DNA from: Octopus sinensis
Taxonomy: Eukaryota
Length of the DNA: 64,000 nt
Assembly: GCF_006345805.1 (NCBI RefSeq)
Contig: NC_043008.1
Coordinates: 13,826,001 to 13,890,000, forward strand
Direction: 5' to 3'
The translations under genes and the position numbers were made by a program. The notes under the pieces were generated by a model, which was not told where the DNA came from, ran no database searches, and worked only from the letters and a program-made list of their open reading frames with translations. Positions 55,840 through 64,000 of the stretch are shown here, piece after piece (position 1 is the stretch's first letter; each line of letters opens with the position of its first letter).

Positions 55840-55939
55840 NNNNNNNNNNNNNNNNNNNNNNNNNNNNNNNNNNNNNNNNNNNNNNNNNNNNNNNNNNNNN
55901 NNNNNNNNNNNNNNNNNNNNNNNNNNNNNNNNNNNNNNN
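55840..55939. other. Assembly gap (100 N)
   Basis: Run of exactly 100 N; true size unknown. Confidence 0.99.
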
Positions 55940-56144
55940 TGTGTGTGTGTAGGATATGATGGGTTTAGTTCACTGGTAATCTAAACGAATAGGTACGCTG
56001 CGTAAGTGCTATAATTGGTCATCCGGCCACAAGCGAAATTCCTCGTTGCGAACCTGCAGCGAACGCAACACGGGCAACGTTATGGCCTCCACAGCTATTT
56101 GTGGAGGCCATTTGGGATCCCGTGTTCAGGCTAAAGGTATTCCC

Positions 56145-57170
56145 TTATGGTGTTTTTCCAACACCTCCTCCAACTCTCCGCCTCTCTAGAAGAGGACCAA
56201 TAATTCGTCCTCCTGAGGAGACGAGGTAATCACTTCTACTGTCAGCGGCACAATTCTCACCGACAGTATATCTTCCCCTGCGAGTGGCACAAACCCCAAC
56301 GATGAAGTTCCGGGACATTCCGGTACTATGGCACCGACTGCAGGCAATATCCCATTCCACCTCCTTCTTCCTCTTTTTTCTTCTCACCTGAGTGATGTTG
56401 CGTCTCCTCTGTAACCAGGGGATTCGCCTCCCTTCCCTCATCCCTAGGATCCTTCGGTGAGCACCCATTGTTGCTCACCTTCTTCCTCTTGCTTCCCTTC
56501 TTTGAAGAGTCCTCAGCATCCTCGGCTGCCTTTCTTCTCTCTTCTACAGAGATCTCAAACAACTGTTTCAGGACCTTACTTTGTTCGTAGGGACAGTTTT
56601 TCTTTCTATGGCCAGGCTCCAGGCACCGATGACACCTAGTGGGTGAACCTCAAGAATCACCGGGTACCTGCACCTGGCCATTTTCAAAAAATCTGGAAAA
56701 ACCAGATTGGCTGATTGGGTCCATAGGGTCAAAACAGCTTTTGACCCAACCCAATCAGCTGCAGGGAAAACTTTCAGATGAAGGAGCTTGGCTCCGCTGC
56801 CACCCAGACACACTCGGATATTCTTCTCAATCCACTCAGGTTTTATCCCGGGTGGCAAACCGCAGACCGAAGCTCTTGTCAACTTCTTCCCATAATACGT
56901 GAGAAGAAACAAGTCGTTCAATATTCGGATGCAAATACACTCTCCCAAAACTGCAATTCTCACAATTATTTTAAAAGTTCACAAAAAGGAACAAATTTTT
57001 AGGAGGCGCGATAGGCCTCCAAGCAACAATTCTAACGTGAACCACTTTTGCTCAACTGCAGGCACACCAGAGTTTAGAATCCAGTCAGCATCTCTTGCTT
57101 GTACAAAAATAATTACCGCAAACAACAAACCCCCACTGGACCCAGAAAACAAAAGTCTTTCCTTACAGTA
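56145..57170 (-). pseudogene. Degenerate LINE ORF1 (L1/Tx1-like) with a CCHC zinc knuckle
   Basis: ...RASVCGLPPGIKPEWI...YPVILE, then a 1-nt frameshift restores (G)SPTRCHRCLEPGHRKKNCP (CX2CX4HX4C) continuing into the K/E-rich 56326-56562 ORF. In-frame stop at 56979-56981. Confidence 0.75.
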
Positions 57171-57277
57171 GAGCTTCTTTTACAATCAATGTTCGTCCTC
57201 TGCAAGCCAGCGTGCCGACTTCGTTCACTGGTACAAACAACACTGACAACACGCATGCGCAATGGGAAGTAGGCTTC

Positions 57278-57316
57278 TGGGAAGGAAGTTTCTTACCACA
57301 CAGCCACGCCTGCGCC
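57278..57316 (-). mobile_element. SINE family A head only (39 nt), abutting the LINE 5' region
   Basis: ggcgcaggcgtggctgtgtggtaagaaacttccttccca, after which similarity ends abruptly. Confidence 0.75.
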
Positions 57317-57974
57317 CAGCTAAGGCTGGGAATAAGACATAATGAAAAGGAATGTTCGTTGATAACTGATGGAAATATAATATCAGCGAATAAGATATAC
57401 TGTGTGGTAGTATGTATGCAAACATGAATAAATGCAGTTATTTTTTACCTGTAGCAGAAGGTATCACGTGTATTTGTTTTTTGTTTTATTTTTATTATGT
57501 TTGCAGATTTTTCTGGTTATCTGAATAGACCTACTCAGATTTGAATTTATGTAAAATTCATTTAGAAGTTTGAAGGTTTTACAAGAAAATTATTGAAGGA
57601 GTTAGATATTGACTTATTAAGGCAGTGAAAATGTTAAAATATTCCAATAAATATCGTGAAGTAAACATCTAGATTTTGAAGCCATATGTGGAGAGGTAAC
57701 GAGCTAATATTTTTTCTTAGTAAATTTGTGCAGTAACTTCCTTAGAGTAAATAGTTCGTTAAACCTATGTAAATTGCGGATATAGTTGTGTTAGAGGTTG
57801 CTGTTATATTGAAGACTATATTGATAGCTAGGCCTTTTCTTTGTATAAAAAAAACAGATCAGTAATTAATTCGAATGCAGCTGGTTGCTTTTAGCATTAT
57901 ACGAGGGAGAAATATCACTCAATATGTGTTAGATTTAATATAATGTACATTTATGCTTTAATTGGGGATGGTTA

Positions 57975-58110
57975 AGGTGTCAAACTGGCAGAGTCGTGAA
58001 ACCATTAAACAAAATGTTCAGCTCTGTGTCTTCCGACAAGTTCCTGAGTTCTAATTTCGGCGAGGTCGATTTTTTCCGTTCACAATGAAGAATTAAAAAG
58101 TAACAGTTGA
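57975..58110 (-). mobile_element. Degenerate SINE family B-like fragment (element reads on + as written)
   Basis: caaactggcagagtcg...ttcctgagttctaatttcggcgaggtcgat resembles the family B head; strongly decayed, so boundaries and assignment are approximate. Confidence 0.4.
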
Positions 58111-58607
58111 ATACTGGAGTAGTTGTAAGTAACAAGCACTCCCACCCCAATAGAATACGATTGCAAGTCTGGTGCCAGAATTTGTAACACTTATGGTTCG
58201 TAAACGGGGAGAGGTTTTTACCTGCGTTTTTCTTCATTACAAAAAGTTCCAATTATTGTTGACGTGTATGTATACATAGAGTTATATTTCTTTTAGCTTT
58301 ATATATAATATAGTGAAAACCATTTAAAAAATTTAGATTCAGATGTTTTCTGTATTAAAAATAATTTGAGATTAAAATTTCTTAGAAGGAAGTCACAATC
58401 GAAATGAAGTTCATATACAATATTATAAAAAAAATGGCAACATAAAAGGAATCCGGTAGATATTCTCAATCCAAAGTATGTATATAAAGGTATAATTATG
58501 TGAATATGTGCAAATGGTTATGTACACAAGCACACACACACACACATGCACCCACCCATACATTCATACATATATGATTGTATATATACACACACGCACA
58601 CACACAT

Positions 58608-58658
<51 letters not shown>

Positions 58659-58748
58659 CAACAATTGAGGGTAAAATTAATTAATTAATCAATTTCACCA
58701 AGTATTCAGTATGCAAAGGGACCATTTAAGGCGAATTCAAATTATTAC

Positions 58749-59119
58749 ATTATATAAAAGGGCTTAGTAAAATAAATTACTTTGCCGCATACTGAAATCA
58801 TTAGAAATAGCAGCTAAAAAAACTTTTTTAAAACTATTTCTAATACTTAAAGAAAACCTCTCTCATATAGTGTTTGCTCAATTCAACTCACGAAAGTATG
58901 GGGGTAGAGACATTAAAAAATCAAATGCAAAGGTTATTTGAGAACGTACGTTTGAAGATTAGTCAAACTCGACATTTCTATCATCAGCTCAGAACTCCCT
59001 GGTTTGGATTTGAAATAGTAAGTATTAGAAATAGTTTTAAAAAAGTTTTTTTAGCTGCTATTTCTAATGAGTTCAGTATGCGGCAAAGTAATTTATTTTA
59101 CTAAGCCCTTTTATATAAT
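58749..59119. mobile_element. 371-bp element with 101-bp near-perfect terminal inverted repeats
   Basis: 58749-58849 versus 59019-59119, one mismatch by eye. The spacer holds a decayed hammerhead-like motif (58939-58991, minus strand). Confidence 0.85.
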
Positions 59120-59219
59120 ATATATATATATATATATACATTCATAATTATAAGCAAGTTAGGCAAGTCGATATATAATATATTAAATACATTTAATACA
59201 AAAATAATATACATAAATA

Positions 59220-59440
59220 ACAATTTCTGTGTGTCGATCTCACTGTTATCATCTTGTTGCTTACACCAATGAACCAATCTTGACGAAACCTTGCATACAT
59301 GTTAAACTAACATTCGGTTCGATTATAGGCAAATGGGATTTCAATAAAAATCTTTAATAAGTCCCCTAGTGCGGTTGGACTATTATTCGATAAAATGAGG
59401 ATACCGGATTGTTACTACGAGCGAAATATGGTGGTATAGT
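59220..59440 (+). repeat. Possible non-autonomous Helitron-like relic
   Basis: tctgtgtgtc...gaaccaatcttgacgaaaccttgcatacatg is reminiscent of such elements (from recall only). Confidence 0.25.
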
Positions 59441-60650
59441 GAGTGTGGTTGATATCAGAGAAGGGGAGAACAGCGTTGTGCAAAGGAAAAATCTGGAACG
59501 GCAGTAGGATGGTAACGTTAATACAGATGTTATTCATGGATGTGCACGCGACACTGCAAACATAATTTCGTAAATACATAGATATATGCATTCACACAAA
59601 TACGCACATACACAACACACAGACAGATGCACATACACATAACTAACATTTAAAACGCCGAGGAAGGGAAAGAAACGTGGGTGTGAGGAATACGTGTATA
59701 TGTGTGTTTTTGTGTGTGTGTGTGTGTGTGTGTGTACGTGTGTTTGTGTGTGTGTATGTGTGCGTCACGCCCAATAAGTGTCAGTCTCGTTACTTCCCTG
59801 GTGCTTTCATATATTCTGAAATTTTAGAATTACGTCTAAATTTTCAAATTTGGCATATTAAAATAATTGTCTCTATTAAATCCAATGTTGTTATTTATTT
59901 CTTCCAGATAATGCTGACAAACTTTGCTGGGGTTTCAAGTTTAATCTATTTTACCTAATCAGAAAACAGGATCTGGAAGCTGGCATTTTCTGCATGATAT
60001 TTGTCTATCACAAAATGAAAGCAAATTCATGACGAGGAGGAATTTTTATTAAATATACAAAAACAAAACGTTACGCCAACCAAATTTGTAAGAACTATAG
60101 AATTATGTATAAGTTTTAATAAAGCAAGTCATGTGAAACGGACGAACAGACACATAAATAATTTAAAAAGGAAAAAGTAAACATCAACGAAGTATATGTG
60201 CGAAAAAGTACACAAAAGCGTCCGACTTATACAGAAAAGAAATTATATCAGGAACAGTTATTACTGGGTGCTTGCTGGTCTGAATAATGATTGTAAATAG
60301 ATTTCATAATTGGATAATTACAGCCTTCCTCTGTGAAAAATGTTTTACATTTTTGTCAACAACTCGAGTATAAAACCTCTTCCCTGAAGACAAAGGCCAG
60401 ATGATGGAATCAATTTAGGATAATTTTTGTTGAAATCCAATTGGGCAATAATTAAACAGGATGTTAGTTTCATATGTATACAAAGTTTCGTCGAGATTAG
60501 TTCAGTGGTGTAGGCAACAAGATGGAAAAGGGAGATCAACAGACAGAAATTGTTATTTATGTATAAGTTATATACATATATGAATGTATATGTATATGTA
60601 CGTGTATGTGTGTATGCGCCTGCACCAGTGTTTGTGTGTGTAAGTATGTG

Positions 60651-60685
<35 letters not shown>

Positions 60686-60713
60686 ACATATATATATGCA
60701 TATATGTAAGTAA

Positions 60714-60752
<39 letters not shown>

Positions 60753-60870
60753 AACACACACACTCACACCCACATATATATATATGACAGATTGGAACGA
60801 CAGATGTATTACATATTTTAAGACATTGTTTGTATAGACCTATGTTTACGTATATGCAATATACGAAAGG

Positions 60871-60928
<58 letters not shown>

Positions 60929-62033
60929 TATAAGTTTGAATGTAATTAAGTATGCATGATGAAATAAATTCGGTGCACTGAGATGCCTTGATGTACAGCT
61001 TTCACAGTCACAGAACTGCACCATTTGTCTATTATATATCTTATTCACTACGTACAACTAATTCAAGTGGAAATCATACATCATTTCACAATTTCTCTTT
61101 TCCACAATCACCACAGCATGATATCTTCTTTCCTGTGTTTTATTTCTACAATGTCTATATAAAAGCCATCACATCAAAATATTAAACACTCTTTGTTTCA
61201 GCAGACAAAAAAAAAATGTTAGTATTTACTCAATGGATGGATTATTTTAGAGTCTTTGTCTTATTTTAGTTTCGATTTAGTACTGTTTTTCAATTTTTAG
61301 CGAAGCATTTCCTTGTTTTAAATCTCTTGTTTTTACCAAAAATCATCTGTTTTGTTTCCTATGTTACACATAATTTCAATACGTTTGATGTCTCGAAATA
61401 GATTTTTTTTTCGTTCTTCTCTCTCAATGTTATTTTATCTCCTTTCACCTCTATTATACTCAAATTTTACTATCAAAACTTTACCCTATTTTTACTAATA
61501 TTTTCCAATTTTGCCTCCAACTCATGATTATTTAAACTAACGCTTTTCTGATGTTTTCCTCTGTTGTCTTCTTTTTTTTTCCTTTTGTATCTCTTGTATC
61601 GTATTTTCTTTCCTACACGCCATTACAAACTCTTGACTTGCACTGCTAAGTTTCATTGACGCCGCCATACTTACTACAAACTCCATCATCATCGTCGTCA
61701 TTGTCAATATCATTATCATCGGCTCCTTTATCATCTTTCAATGCACCATTATTGTGATCATCCAAAAGGCAGCCACTATAACCACCGGCTCCACTGCCAC
61801 CATTTCCCTGTTATCATCATATATTCTACCTTATTACAATCATTATACCACCCTGATATTATTTACAAACATTTGGCAAGGTCATATATTTTTTACTTAT
61901 CGATCTCAAGCCAAAAATTTCTAAATATTTTTTAGCATTAATTCATTCAAGCTCCGGGTGAATGAAAGCCAGTAGAACAGTTTAAACAGAAGAGACCATG
62001 AGATTGAACGACGAAGGAAAATTCCAAGATCAT

Positions 62034-62225
62034 TCAATTCAATTTTTTCAATTCAATTCAATTCAATTCAATTTTTATTGGCTCAAAAAGCAAAAGCAAG
62101 GCCATGTAGGGGGACAGGGAGTTATGTACATGGAGGGTAGTCATACAAAGAGATCAGGCCATTTCTGGTCAAGAGAGACTTTGAACCGAGCGATCGTCGG
62201 TTACAAATGTACATCGATATGCAAG
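62034..62225 (-). mobile_element. LINE 3' end with an (ATTGA)n tail
   Basis: Minus strand ...gctttttgagccaataaaaattgaattgaattgaattg. Confidence 0.5.
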
Positions 62226-62858
62226 CAGTAAACCTGCAGTCCAAGTAATTTATTGCGAAAAATTAGTGTGACCTTTGACGCATAACGTAGAAGGAATATT
62301 AACTCGATAAAGTGCATGTTCGCTTCCTAAGAGAATAGTTATTATTTACATAACAAACTCTTGCAATAGTTTAATACATATTTAATTATTCCCATAAAGT
62401 AAAATTGAGTCACTACACGAATAGATTTTAAAATATTCGGAGACAGTATTCTCACATTTAAAATACTCTAGAAATATATCTGTCCAATACATAACATTAA
62501 TCATTTAAATGTACATATTTATGATTTATGGATTAATTATAGCCCTTACATCATTTATATGAAGAATTTAGCATTTTATAGATTACATTAATTATATTGT
62601 TTGTTAACTGATTTTGTATTTTGAATTCAGAGTTTGAGTAGCCGCACTTTGCATTCTGATTCCTAAATTGTACTTTGCATTCTGATTCCTTCAGTGTGGT
62701 TCTCCTGAAGGTGTCTAAGGCAGTGGTAAGGATTTTGCTCTCACGATGATTTATAATCGATTGAGAGTGATTTCTGGACCGACGACGCAGTGCGTTCTTG
62801 AGCAAAACGTTTTAATTTCACGTAGTTTCAGTCTGCTACGTTGTAAATTTGTCCCAAT

Positions 62859-63151
62859 TGAAGGCACGTGGCCTAGTGGATAGAGCAGCGGACTCGCGGT
62901 CGAGGGATCGTGGGTTCGAATCTCAGACCGGGCGATGTGTGTGTTTATGAGCGAAAAACCTAAGCTCCACGCCGCTCCGGCAGAAGGTAATGGCGAACGT
63001 CTGCTAATTCCTTCGCCACAACTTTCTCTCACTCTTTCCTCCTGCATATTGCAGCTCACCTGCGACGGACCGGCGTCCCGTTCAGGTGGGGAACCTACAC
63101 GCCAAGGAAACCGGCCCTTGTGAGCCAGGCGTGGCTCGAGAAGGAACAAAC
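62859..63151 (+). mobile_element. tRNA-derived SINE with a family C head and a different 3' half
   Basis: A box tggcctagtgg and B box gggttcgaatc. Collinear with family C to about actttctctcactctt, then cctgcgacggaccggcgtcccgttcagg (V-SINE-like by recall) and the tail gagccaggcgtggctcgagaagg. Confidence 0.85.
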
Positions 63152-64000
63152 GTGTCCCTGAAGTAGCTGGTGAATTAACCTTGCGATGGAGTGGTGTCCT
63201 GTCAAGCAGAGTAGAATGTTGTAATCTCAATCACATATGGGCCAGGCAAACCGGCTCAAGCTTTTTATAAATCCAAGAACTTAGGAAGCACCGGACTTAA
63301 TAGTGATACTTATATTCAGTGCTCATATTTCGCATCTGGGCGGGAGATTCACCAAGAATCATCTATACAGCATTATTATTATATTGTTAACTTTCATATT
63401 GCATTATATTATTTCCTATTATTATTATTCTGTTATCGAAAAACTAATCGGTGACATACGTAGTTACCCTACAATTACTGATGCTGTCATAATCTTTCGT
63501 AAATGACCAACCGATATTAAAATCATTTATCATTACAATGTGTCGAAGCATGCACCAAGGTGAAAATGAAAACCAATGACCCCATACATCATATTACGTC
63601 ATTGGATGGAACTCTTGCATCAGTTTCTTTTGAAATTTAAATTAATTTGCTCCCACCTCGTTTTTCATGAGTTTTCCATTCCATAACGTGTTAGTGATTT
63701 GCTAAGTCTAGTAATTCACAATCCTAAGGAAAATACTTGCAACACATCACTAAGCTTGTATTGCGGCATTCATTTCCTTGTGCGTTTCTGCATGGCTAAA
63801 CTCCTGAATATATGTGTGGGCATATGAACGAAGAATGGCAAACTAATCAGAATCTCTTAAAGTCCTCCGTATCCACACGCTATGAGAATCTTATATTTTT
63901 GCTCGTCTGTGGTGAGGGTAAACAGTTTTCCGTTCCCTTGTCATTCAGGTAGTTTTCTTTCTCCTCAACATGTGTGTCTCTTTCGCTCTCACACTTACTC

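Noticed and set aside
56020-56145. HDV-like ribozyme (TCCTCGT, a long hairpin and GCTAA in the right order)
   Set aside because: P3, P2 and a G-starting P1 could not be paired, and the spacing is wrong.
62695-62731. 31-nt micro-exon between ttccttcag and gtaagg
   Set aside because: Such motif pairs are expected by chance in 64 kb, and there are no supporting neighbouring exons.
1-64000. tRNA genes
   Set aside because: All A/B-box-like sequences are SINE heads continuing into SINE bodies; no complete cloverleaf was seen.

Overview
AT-rich, microsatellite-laden eukaryotic DNA with no host protein-coding gene that I can support. The recurrent tRNA-derived SINE families, (TA)n/(TACA)n/(GATA)n/(AAT)n tracts and TE relics match what I recall of octopus (coleoid cephalopod) genomes; this is an inference, and no database search was run. 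Almost all listed ORFs are microsatellite translations. Supported content: more than 20 SINE copies of at least 4 families (several multimeric, some with target-site duplications); two mariner relics; a Gypsy gag/PPT/LTR relic; an R4/Dong-like RT relic plus four tandem RLE-tail copies in (AAT)n; a frameshifted CCHC-knuckle LINE ORF1 fused to a SINE head; a 2.2-kb (TACA)n array; and a 100-N gap. The most striking unexplained signal is about a dozen minimal type I hammerhead-ribozyme-like motifs, read by eye, in several unrelated short elements mostly beside (TA)n. They include one intact core, a compensated U3-A8 core, recurring U4C cores and inverted or head-to-head arrangements typical of Penelope-like elements and retrozymes. 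A 208-bp CpG-rich multi-hairpin element with 18-bp TIRs and 17-bp iterons is also unexplained.
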